Source: an uncultured Aminicenantes bacterium (GTDB lineage: Bacteria > Acidobacteriota > Aminicenantia > UBA2199). From it: 64,000 nucleotides of DNA. The stretch's first letter is position 1, and each line of letters begins with the position of its first letter. Shown in pieces: positions 40,671 through 49,431 of the stretch. The position numbers were made by a program, and so were the translations under genes. The notes under the pieces are model-generated. The model did no database searches and had not been told where the DNA came from. It saw only the letters and a list, made by a program, of their open reading frames with translations. The DNA lies in contig CBDAFS010000062.1 of NCBI GenBank assembly GCA_965195285.1, positions 96,001 through 160,000 on the forward strand. The letters are read 5' to 3'.

Positions 40671-41453
40671 ATGAGTGATGAAACTGGTAAATTTTTTATA
40701 TTCTTAAGTTACATTGATGAAGAAAAGAAAATAGCTGAAGTTTTAAAAGAATGGATTGAAGCAAGTTCTTTAGATCAAATTGAAGTTTTTGCTTATAGTG
40801 ATAAAGAGAGTATTGATCTTGGTGAGGAATGGCATGAGAAAATAATCGATGCACTGAATAGATCAAATTTACTCATTGTATTAAGTAGTGAATTTTCAAT
40901 TGAGAGACCTTGGGTAAATTTTGAATCAGGTGCTGCTTGGATAAAAAAAATTCCAATAATTCCAATATGTCATACCGGAATGTCCAAAGATAGTATACCA
41001 GATCCATATAGAAGAAAACTTGCGATTAATTTGGATGACAAGAATTTTGGACTCACACTTTTTAAAAGTATCATGAAGAAAATAGGTTATAAAGGAGATT
41101 TGAAAACTGATTTTAATAGAATGGAAGAGGAAATTCAATCTGCAAAAAATGAAATTAAGTATGATTTTTCTAGAACGAAATCAGTAAATCGAAAGAATGA
41201 AGTTGATCAATTAGAGCTGTCTGATATGGGGAAAAGTATTCTTAGAATGTTAGCTGACAAAGGAGATTTATATTGTGCTAAGTCAGAATTATATAATGCA
41301 TTTAATGTTCATAATCAAAAAGTCCAAAATGAACTGAACAAATTTAAAAATGATGATTATATAGATTTTCTATATATAGAAAGAAGAGATCAAGATTGTT
41401 ATTATTTAACCCCAAAAGGAACTGATCTTGTTGTGAGATTGAATATTGTTTGA
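40671..41453 (+). CDS. TIR-domain protein with a C-terminal winged-helix-like domain
   Basis: IFLSY, SIDLGEEW...I..AL..S, S..S..RPWVNFESGAAW (catalytic-type Glu), IIPI; C-terminal YYLTPKG wing; TTGAAA-16-TATAAT upstream. Confidence 0.85.
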   Translation: MSDETGKFFIFLSYIDEEKKIAEVLKEWIEASSLDQIEVFAYSDKESIDLGEEWHEKIIDALNRSNLLIVLSSEFSIERPWVNFESGAAWIKKIPIIPICHTGMSKDSIPDPYRRKLAINLDDKNFGLTLFKSIMKKIGYKGDLKTDFNRMEEEIQSAKNEIKYDFSRTKSVNRKNEVDQLELSDMGKSILRMLADKGDLYCAKSELYNAFNVHNQKVQNELNKFKNDDYIDFLYIERRDQDCYYLTPKGTDLVVRLNIV

Positions 41454-41777
41454 TTAAAAGCAGATTTATGTCTTAATATTCGTTACTCTCACGTTACCCA
41501 ACAGCCCTAAAACTCAATCAAAAATCGTTACTTTTTCGTTAATTGAAGTATCGAAAAGTCAATCATAATCGCTATATACCTATAAGCCGTGTTGATGTTG
41601 ATCTTGTTTAAAAACTCTACATACTTATTGGTGTTTGGATTTGGAGGTTGGGAGACTCTAATAAAAAAAAGAGGACAGTTCTAATTTATTATAAGCAAAA
41701 TTTTAAAAACAGAACTGTTCCTTTTTTATTACAATAAAATTAAAAAATTAAAACCCCGTCCCTTAAAGTGGCCGGGG

Positions 41778-41806
41778 TTGATTTGGGGGGGGGATTTTAA
41801 TACAAT
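41778..41806 (+). promoter_or_regulatory. Sigma70 promoter giving a probably leaderless transcript
   Basis: TTGATT-17 bp-TACAAT, 6 nt before ATG 41813; no SD. Confidence 0.65.
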
Positions 41807-41812
41807 GGATTG

Positions 41813-44161
41813 ATGGCTGAGGCGTATTATTTAAAAGACTTTTCGGAAGATTCGGTCAGGGATCTGATCAAAGAAGTCTATGGTTTGGAGGCCTCGGTTT
41901 CCAAAATGGCTGCCGAGCGGGACTTCAATTACCTGGTCAAAACCGGAGACAAAACTTCCTATGTGTTCAAGATTTCAAACCCGGAAGACAGCCGGGAAAT
42001 AGTAGAAGCCCAGCACCAGGTCCTGAACCACCTGGCCCGGGGGAAGGGTGAGATCAACTGTCCCCAACCAATTGAAACCCGATCCGGTGACACTATTTTC
42101 AGGGTCAGCTGTGGCCCGGACCGAAAATCCTTTTTTTTCCGCCTCTTGACCTTTCTGGAAGGTAAGTTCTACAGCGATCTTGAAGCACATTCTCCCGAAT
42201 TGGAAAAAAACCTGGGTGAATTCCTGGGGGCCATGGACCGGGAGTTAACCGGATTTGTCCACCCGGCCCTGAACCGCTACTTTATCTGGGACCTGAAAAA
42301 TATCAGGGATATCCGCCCCTATCTGAAAGATATTCCGGAGACCGACCGGCGAAACCTGGTATTGCATTTCATTCAGTTATATGAAACCGAGGTGGAACCG
42401 TTCCGCCATCTGCTGCCCTGTTCGGTGATCCACAATGATGCCAATGACCACAATATTCTGGTGGACGATTCCGGCTCCCGGGTAACCGGTATCATTGATT
42501 TCGGTGACATGGTCTACTCCCAGACCGTCAATGAATTAGCCGCCGGCCTGGCCTATGCCATCATGAACAAAACCGACCCGACCAAAACCATGGTCCGGGT
42601 GGTTTCCGGATACCATTGCCAGCGTCCCCTGACAGAAGCGGAGATCGACGCACTGTTTTTTCTGATAGCTGCGCGGCTCAGCATCAGTGTGGCCCTGTCC
42701 GCCCACCGATTGAACCATTCCCCCGGAAATAAATATCTGCAGATTTCTACTGCCCCGGCCTGGGAAACATTAGAACAGCTGGGCCGAATCAATCCCGACC
42801 GGATTACCCTAACCCTGCGCAAAGAGTGTGGGTTTTCACAGGCCGGCATCCGATCGGGACCTTCTGTCAACGAAATCCTCCAATCCCGAAAACAGCGGAT
42901 CGGAAGCACCCTGAGCATTTCCTATCAGAAACCCCTTAAAATGACCCGGGGATATATGCAGTATCTATTCGATAATGAGGGCAAAGAATTTCTGGATACG
43001 GTCAACAATGTCTGCCATGTAGGTCATTGTCACCCCCGGGTGGTGGAAGCCGCCCAGCGCCAGTTCAGCCTGTTAAACACCAACACCCGGTATCTTTATG
43101 ATTCTCTGGTGGACCTGTCTGAATCCCTGTGTAGCACGCTACCCGAACCCCTGAGGGTATGTTATTTTGTGAATTCCGGCAGTGAAGCCAACGAACTGGC
43201 CCTGCGCATCGCCAAGACCTGTACCGGACACAGAGATTTTGTGGTCATCGATCATGCCTATCACGGCAATACCAATGCGGTCATTGAGATCAGCCCCTAT
43301 AAATTCGATGGGCCCGGCGGCACCGGCCAGTCCCCACATGTCCACAAGGTCCGGATGCCCGATACCTACCGGGGTGAATTCCGGGAGGATGATCCAAAAG
43401 CCGGATTAAAATACGGCCGGGATATCGACCAGGCCCTCAGGAAAATCAAACAGACCGGAAAGGGCATTGCCGGGTTTATTGCCGAATCCATCAGCAGTGT
43501 CGGGGGTCAAATATTTCTGCCTGCCCATTATCTCGAATCTATTTACGAACAGGTGCGAAAAGCCGGGGGCCTCTGTATCGCCGATGAAGTCCAGGTGGGG
43601 TTCGGACGGGTGGGCAGCCATTTCTGGGCCTTCGAATTACAGGATGTGGTACCGGATATAGTGACCATGGGCAAACCCATGGGCAACGGCCATCCGATAG
43701 CAGCCGTGGTAACCACTCCCGAGATCGATGCGGCCTTTAACAAGGGCATGGAATACTTCAATACCTTTGGAGGTAATCCCGTGGCCTGCACCATCGGCCT
43801 GTCGGTATTAGAGGTGATCCGGAGCGAAAATCTGCAACAACACGCTTCAGAGGTGGGAAAATATTTCCTCGAACAGCTAGAAGAATTAATGAAGGAGCAC
43901 GATCTGATCGGCGATGTACGGGGATCGGGATTGTTTCTGGGTATCGAACTGGTCCTGGACCGCTCCAGCCTGGAACCGGCTAAAGAACATGCCTATGATA
44001 TTGCCAATCGAATGCGGGAGAACGGAATCCTTATCAGCATCGACGGTCCGCTTCACAATGTGATAAAAATCAAGCCCCCCCTGGTTTTCAATAAAAAGGA
44101 TGCTGACCGCTATGTCGAACAGCTGGACCGGATACTCAACATAAAACGGACATTAGATTGA
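41813..44161 (+). CDS. Fusion of an APH/hydroxylysine-kinase-like phosphotransferase and a class III PLP aminotransferase/phospholyase
   Basis: HNDANDHN and DFGD kinase motifs; NNVCHVGHCHP, NSGSEAN, YHG, ADEVQVGFGR, TMGKP PLP lysine. Confidence 0.9.
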   Translation: MAEAYYLKDFSEDSVRDLIKEVYGLEASVSKMAAERDFNYLVKTGDKTSYVFKISNPEDSREIVEAQHQVLNHLARGKGEINCPQPIETRSGDTIFRVSCGPDRKSFFFRLLTFLEGKFYSDLEAHSPELEKNLGEFLGAMDRELTGFVHPALNRYFIWDLKNIRDIRPYLKDIPETDRRNLVLHFIQLYETEVEPFRHLLPCSVIHNDANDHNILVDDSGSRVTGIIDFGDMVYSQTVNELAAGLAYAIMNKTDPTKTMVRVVSGYHCQRPLTEAEIDALFFLIAARLSISVALSAHRLNHSPGNKYLQISTAPAWETLEQLGRINPDRITLTLRKECGFSQAGIRSGPSVNEILQSRKQRIGSTLSISYQKPLKMTRGYMQYLFDNEGKEFLDTVNNVCHVGHCHPRVVEAAQRQFSLLNTNTRYLYDSLVDLSESLCSTLPEPLRVCYFVNSGSEANELALRIAKTCTGHRDFVVIDHAYHGNTNAVIEISPYKFDGPGGTGQSPHVHKVRMPDTYRGEFREDDPKAGLKYGRDIDQALRKIKQTGKGIAGFIAESISSVGGQIFLPAHYLESIYEQVRKAGGLCIADEVQVGFGRVGSHFWAFELQDVVPDIVTMGKPMGNGHPIAAVVTTPEIDAAFNKGMEYFNTFGGNPVACTIGLSVLEVIRSENLQQHASEVGKYFLEQLEELMKEHDLIGDVRGSGLFLGIELVLDRSSLEPAKEHAYDIANRMRENGILISIDGPLHNVIKIKPPLVFNKKDADRYVEQLDRILNIKRTLD

Positions 44162-44182
44162 ATCGGTTTTTATGACCCTCAT

Positions 44183-45031
44183 TTAAAATTCAACCCCGAA
44201 ACGTTTTCTCAAGGCTAATACAATGATGATCACCAGGATCAGGTGATAGACCAACCAGTGGGTTTTCAATCCTAACAGGGAAACACTCTTGGCCGGATAT
44301 CGGAGAGAAAGGGTGTCGACCGGACCGACATTTTTAATTAATTTTTCAGCCGGATAGATAAAATGGTCGACAGAGGATTTTCCCATTTTTTTGTTCGAAA
44401 GGGATTCCGTATTTTTACCGATCACCAGGTTTTTACTGATTATCTGCTCATTGACCTGAACCCGAATATCAGTATGGCCCGGTTTCAGGCACTTCAACTT
44501 CCAGTTTACTTCACGGATGGGTCTGGTGCGTTCATCATCCTCATAGGCATTGATAAAAACCGGATTCATCACCGGCTTAAAATGGTCGCTGTCCAGCAAC
44601 CGGATTTTCATACCTTTCGGATCGGAATTCAACCGGGCCTTGAATACAAAAATATCGTCCGGTTCAAAGGGCCTCATCCCGTAGCGGATGTCCATTTGAA
44701 CAAATATAGGGAAAAGAATGGGAATGATGATGAGCACGGGACCGATATTCAGCATGAAATACTTCAGGGTATAAAACAGACTTTTAAAAAAAGATCCGGT
44801 AATCACCCTCCAGAAATCTTTGTACAGCCTGATGGCTAATATGCTGGATTTTATTTTATTTTTGGTATCCTTGATCCGGGTCGGAGAAGATATATATTTG
44901 AAGATGACCAGTACGATCAGAGAGATCAAAATGCTCAGAAAGAGAATGGCCAAAAAATCCCCCAAAAATCCAAAAGGGTACAGTATCACATCAAATACTT
45001 TGGTAATGAAAAAATTAACCTGCTGTATCAT
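44183..45031 (-). CDS. Membrane protein resembling EMC3/TMCO1/DUF106 (Oxa1 superfamily), with an inserted soluble domain
   Basis: Amphipathic N-terminus, TM1, basic coiled segment, TM2 with P..I..P, soluble beta-rich insert, terminal WLVY...LRKRFGV TM. Confidence 0.55.
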   Translation of the reverse strand: MIQQVNFFITKVFDVILYPFGFLGDFLAILFLSILISLIVLVIFKYISSPTRIKDTKNKIKSSILAIRLYKDFWRVITGSFFKSLFYTLKYFMLNIGPVLIIIPILFPIFVQMDIRYGMRPFEPDDIFVFKARLNSDPKGMKIRLLDSDHFKPVMNPVFINAYEDDERTRPIREVNWKLKCLKPGHTDIRVQVNEQIISKNLVIGKNTESLSNKKMGKSSVDHFIYPAEKLIKNVGPVDTLSLRYPAKSVSLLGLKTHWLVYHLILVIIIVLALRKRFGVEF

Positions 45032-45220
45032 TTAGGATATGTATCCCAGCCCGCTCAACTTGTCAGCCTGTTCCTCTTTGTTATCATCGGATTTAATGGT
45101 TTCATATTCCTTATTGATCAGATTATCAATGAGTTCTTCCACCGAAGAATATCCGTGAAAGGCCAGGATCTCATCCACTTTCTGGGCACTTTCATTGCTG
45201 AGTTTTACTTTTTTTGCCAT
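45032..45220 (-). CDS. Small ribbon-helix-helix-like protein with C-terminal KLSGLGYI motif
   Basis: VKLS strand, GYSSVEELI turn-helix, LxxLGY tail; AGGAG RBS; its TAA abuts the next ATG. Confidence 0.75.
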   Translation of the reverse strand: MAKKVKLSNESAQKVDEILAFHGYSSVEELIDNLINKEYETIKSDDNKEEQADKLSGLGYIS

Positions 45221-45229
45221 TTCTTTCTC

Positions 45230-47200
45230 CTAAATTAGCGATCTTCCCTTTACCGTAGGAACATTTTCGATCCCGAAATATTTCAGAATGGTCGGGGCAA
45301 CATCCCGGATATGGGGGATTTTGGTATTGATCTTGAAATTTGAAACAAAACTGGCCGGTACATGAACCGGATCGATGAGATGATCTCCGGACCACCAGTC
45401 CATATTATCACTGAGCATCTCTTTGGAAAATCCGCCCAGGGCAGCTCCGTCACCACAGCGGTATCCCTTATTGAATCCCATGATGATATCGGGTGCCCGG
45501 TCAATGAAATCCTTGGAAAAATAATCTTCGGATATATAAGCCTGGGAGATTACCTGTTGTCCGTTCTGAGGATCTTTGATCATTTCCAGCTTGGCCTTGA
45601 TCTCTTCCAGAAGTTTTCTCCTTTCCTCCGGTTTTACAATACCCTGGGCTTCCCGTCCCTTTAAATTCAAGTACAATCCGTTAAGCCCCATGAAATAGGC
45701 CTTGGTGTTGTTCCAATCCCCATACCCTAACAAATCAACATCTTCGGAGATACCATCGACAGTCAGCTTTTGATAACCCTCCTGGTATAACCAGTTGTTT
45801 ATATTTACCTGTCGGCGATAGGGATTGAATCCATGGTCCGAGACTACCAGTATGGAAACATCTTCGGGGCATCTCTTGAGCACATCCCCGAGAATACGGT
45901 CATGCATGCGATAGAGCTCATGGTGGATGTAGCCATATTTCTTCTGGGCTTCGGGCTTATAAAAGGGATGATCCTTGTCATTCAAGGCCCAGCACATGTG
46001 CTGGCCCTGATCCGCCGCCGAAAAATAGAAAAACAGAAATCCGCTCTTCTTCTGAAGAAATCGATCAAACTCATATTTAAAAATCTTCTTACTTTCCTCG
46101 AAAACCGACAGGGACTGAACGATATAGTTTTCCATAGAAAAAGTACCCTGACTCAGGGCTTTGGTATCAGCAGGCAAATTAATGGTATGAAAAAGGCCGC
46201 AGTGCTCAGCCAGTTCCTTGCTGTAAGAAGAAGGAGTGCTGATGGACAGGGCCGGATCCCGGGGACTGATATGAATCGGTGACACATACAGCCTGAATTT
46301 TTCCCCCATCTCCATCAGGTAAAACCTGACCATCCCGGTGACGCTGCTGATGTTTGGAATCAGGGGAAATTTGATTTCCACCCATCCGGATAATTGTTTT
46401 TCGGATAACAATATTTCTTTGCCCTGAACATCTATTCTGGCGGTTTTGTGCTGGTAATCCAGATAGGCGCGGAAGGGGATCTCCACATTTTCACCATCCT
46501 CCACCAGGTCATTTTTGGGGCCTTCAATAATCCCATTCTCCATCACATGATCATCGTTGATGTAAGCATAGTACATGTTGTTGGGTGAAATATCCTTTTC
46601 GGATTCCTCTTCATCCGAGGTAAATAGGGTATATATCCCGTAAGTCCCCATGATGTCCGGGGTACCCATACCGGAAATGGTTCGCTGGTTACTATCCGAA
46701 GGGGGGTAATTATTGGGGATCTTAAAGATGGTGGCATCCACATCCCGTTCTTCGAGGTAATCCCAGAAGGCTTTCCCTTCCCGCTTTAAAACCACTTTTC
46801 CGGATTTCAGGGGTATTTTGTATTTCCCTAACTTTACAATCCATTCGGAGGGAAAGGTCTCGGCCCAGGATGGGATGGGGAAATAATTGTTAGGATCCCG
46901 GTGTACCCAGTCAAAAATACCGAAAGTTCCGGGATCTGATCCGGTGATGAAACTCCCCCAGGCAACCGGGCTGTGGGGAGGGATGGTGGTCCTCATCATG
47001 GTAAAAGTCCCTCTCTGGGCCAGTTTCTTCATATTGGGCATCTGCCCCTGTTGCATCAACCGATAGGTGATCATCGGATCCATGCCATCGATACCCAGAA
47101 CAATCATTTTTTTTGATCCGGGTCCGGCGGAGGCAAAGTTCATGAATGGTGTTGCCGCCAATACCATTCCCGTATTTCGAATAAATTCTCGTCGTCTCAT
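45230..47200 (-). CDS. Alkaline phosphatase superfamily (NPP/phosphodiesterase-like, COG3379 type) protein with twin-arginine signal
   Basis: MRRREFI signal; GIDGMD, PPHSPVAW (Ser nucleophile), DQGQH, SDHGF, SGDH. Confidence 0.88.
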   Translation of the reverse strand: MRRREFIRNTGMVLAATPFMNFASAGPGSKKMIVLGIDGMDPMITYRLMQQGQMPNMKKLAQRGTFTMMRTTIPPHSPVAWGSFITGSDPGTFGIFDWVHRDPNNYFPIPSWAETFPSEWIVKLGKYKIPLKSGKVVLKREGKAFWDYLEERDVDATIFKIPNNYPPSDSNQRTISGMGTPDIMGTYGIYTLFTSDEEESEKDISPNNMYYAYINDDHVMENGIIEGPKNDLVEDGENVEIPFRAYLDYQHKTARIDVQGKEILLSEKQLSGWVEIKFPLIPNISSVTGMVRFYLMEMGEKFRLYVSPIHISPRDPALSISTPSSYSKELAEHCGLFHTINLPADTKALSQGTFSMENYIVQSLSVFEESKKIFKYEFDRFLQKKSGFLFFYFSAADQGQHMCWALNDKDHPFYKPEAQKKYGYIHHELYRMHDRILGDVLKRCPEDVSILVVSDHGFNPYRRQVNINNWLYQEGYQKLTVDGISEDVDLLGYGDWNNTKAYFMGLNGLYLNLKGREAQGIVKPEERRKLLEEIKAKLEMIKDPQNGQQVISQAYISEDYFSKDFIDRAPDIIMGFNKGYRCGDGAALGGFSKEMLSDNMDWWSGDHLIDPVHVPASFVSNFKINTKIPHIRDVAPTILKYFGIENVPTVKGRSLI

Positions 47201-47233
47201 TTCAAATCCCCTTTGTTTTCATTCCATGACTCT

Positions 47234-49321
47234 TCATTGAACCTTCAGGTTTTTTCCTTCAATAAAGGACGGTGGTTCAATGCCAAAAACAGATAACACC
47301 GTGGGCGAGATATCAAGCAGAGAAGGATCTGCCTCCGATATTTTTTTATTACTGAAAAATATCCCGGGCACCTGTTCTCTGGTCAGGGCATGATCCCCGC
47401 TCCACATCTTCAGGTTATCGGAAAAACACCGATCACCCACATAATTCACGGTGGATTCCCAGGATACCCGGTGGCCGATATTATAGCCCACGACAATATC
47501 CGGTGCATTATCCACATAGGGCCCGCGGTATATTTCTTCCCGCTTGTAAACCGATTTTAAAACCCGGGTACGGGTCTTGTCATCGATCACCTTGAGTAAT
47601 TTATCTTTAATTTCACTTTTGATTTTTTCTGCTTCCGGGCCTCTATTCACGATTCCCTGTTTTTCCCTTCCCTTCATATTGAGGAAAATTCCGTTGAGCC
47701 CCTGGCCATAAGCCCTGGATTTTGACCAGTCAACATCGGCATACCATTTACCGCTTTCCTTTTTACCGTCCTTCAATACCAGATAGCCCTGCTGGTGAAG
47801 CCAGGTATTCAAGTGAAATTCGCGATTGAAGGCATTAAATCCATGGTCGGAAACAATCATCAGCAGGTCATTTTTATTGATGCGGGGTAATAGTTTCCCC
47901 AAAAAATCATCCATGGCCCGGTAGGATTCATAGATGGCATTCACAATATGGCTGTCTTTGGAAGGTTTATCGGCCGGGGAACCGGAATGCTTCAGATACC
48001 TCCAGAACATGTGCTGGATTCGATCGGTTGCCTCAAAAACCTGAACCAGCAGCCCCTGCTTGAATTTCCCGAACGTATTAAAAAATATCTTCTCCCGTTC
48101 TTGCTGGGTATTGTATACCTGCTGAAGAAAAACGTCCTCTGACAGAATCCCTTCGTTTACCGCCCAGGTGTCCTCGGCCTGGCCCAGTGTGGCAAAGGCC
48201 CCCAGTAATTTTGACAGATAAACCGAAAAGATTTTGGGATGGGATACGGGCATGGAAGGTTTTTCCGGGTCAATGTTGATGGGAGACAGATACAGTTTGA
48301 TGGGATCGGTGTCTTCCAAAACCCACTGGGCAATCCCGGATATTTTAATCAATCCGGCCTTAAATTCCAGGGGAATCCAGATTGAGAGTTTTTTGCTCTC
48401 GATCCGGTACTTATCCTTGCCTATCTCAATCTCCCCCGAACCATTGCCCTTATTCAGGGTAAATTTAAAATCCAGCTCCAGGGGGGGATTGCCCCGTACA
48501 AAGGGATTGGCAGGACCTTTGATCGTTCCGGCATAGCAATTTTCATCAGTTTTTTCCAGCTTTTCGTAGATTCCTTCCGAAATATCGAAATCCTTGTCTT
48601 TGCCGTCAGAATAAAAACTAAAACTGCCCTGGGATCCTCTCAAATCAGGAGTACTGAGACCGGAAAGCATGCAACCGTAGAACTTTTCGGCCGGAAAGGT
48701 AAAAGGCACCCGTAAAACAGCTGAATATATCCCCTTGCTGCTGACAATTTTCCAGAAACTTTTGCTCTTGCGCTTCCATTCGATCTTGGGCTTGGAAATG
48801 GGTATGGTCAGCTTTCCGATATTTAACACCCGCTTGGGGGGAAGGATATCGGAACTGGCCAGTTTGGGCATGTAGGTATTCCGGTCCGTGGTTAAAAAAT
48901 CAAAAATATTGTGTTTTCCGGGATTCACCCCGGTAGAAAAGGTCGACCAGGCCACCGGAGAAATGGGGGGTTCCGTACTCCATAATGGAGTGAAGGTGCC
49001 GGATTCGGAAACACGGTCAAAATTCGGGAATGATTTTCCTTCTTTTTTGAACCGCTTCATAAGATTGTAATCCATTCCATCAAAACCCACAACGATCACC
49101 CTTTTATATTTGGCTTTTTTTAAGGTTCGGATCCTTTTCAAGAATTTAAAGAAGGTTCTGACCGGAAAGGTCAGCAGGTTAAAAAAGGCTAAGAAAAAGG
49201 CCACAAATATAAAGAAAAAAGATCCCACAAAAGCAAAACCCGCTCCGGGCCCCACATAGGAAAATATAGGACAGACCAGAAATAAAAGCGAGAGGAATAC
49301 GATAACCTTTACTTTTCTCAT
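47234..49321 (-). CDS. Alkaline phosphatase superfamily (COG3379 type) protein with signal peptide, YVGPGAG motif and TM anchor
   Basis: GFDGMD, PPISPVAW, TGVNPGKHNIFDF, DRIQH, SDHGF, SGDH. Start placed at ATG 49321 (MRKVKV), where the signal peptide begins. Confidence 0.88.
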   Translation of the reverse strand: MRKVKVIVFLSLLFLVCPIFSYVGPGAGFAFVGSFFFIFVAFFLAFFNLLTFPVRTFFKFLKRIRTLKKAKYKRVIVVGFDGMDYNLMKRFKKEGKSFPNFDRVSESGTFTPLWSTEPPISPVAWSTFSTGVNPGKHNIFDFLTTDRNTYMPKLASSDILPPKRVLNIGKLTIPISKPKIEWKRKSKSFWKIVSSKGIYSAVLRVPFTFPAEKFYGCMLSGLSTPDLRGSQGSFSFYSDGKDKDFDISEGIYEKLEKTDENCYAGTIKGPANPFVRGNPPLELDFKFTLNKGNGSGEIEIGKDKYRIESKKLSIWIPLEFKAGLIKISGIAQWVLEDTDPIKLYLSPINIDPEKPSMPVSHPKIFSVYLSKLLGAFATLGQAEDTWAVNEGILSEDVFLQQVYNTQQEREKIFFNTFGKFKQGLLVQVFEATDRIQHMFWRYLKHSGSPADKPSKDSHIVNAIYESYRAMDDFLGKLLPRINKNDLLMIVSDHGFNAFNREFHLNTWLHQQGYLVLKDGKKESGKWYADVDWSKSRAYGQGLNGIFLNMKGREKQGIVNRGPEAEKIKSEIKDKLLKVIDDKTRTRVLKSVYKREEIYRGPYVDNAPDIVVGYNIGHRVSWESTVNYVGDRCFSDNLKMWSGDHALTREQVPGIFFSNKKISEADPSLLDISPTVLSVFGIEPPSFIEGKNLKVQ

Positions 49322-49431
49322 CAATAATGTTAACACAGTTTTACTCAAGCGTCCATCATGAAACATGTTCAAATCCCCATTTGTAATTTCCATCTTCAAT
49401 GGCACCATACCGTCTTTCATATGATGGTTGT

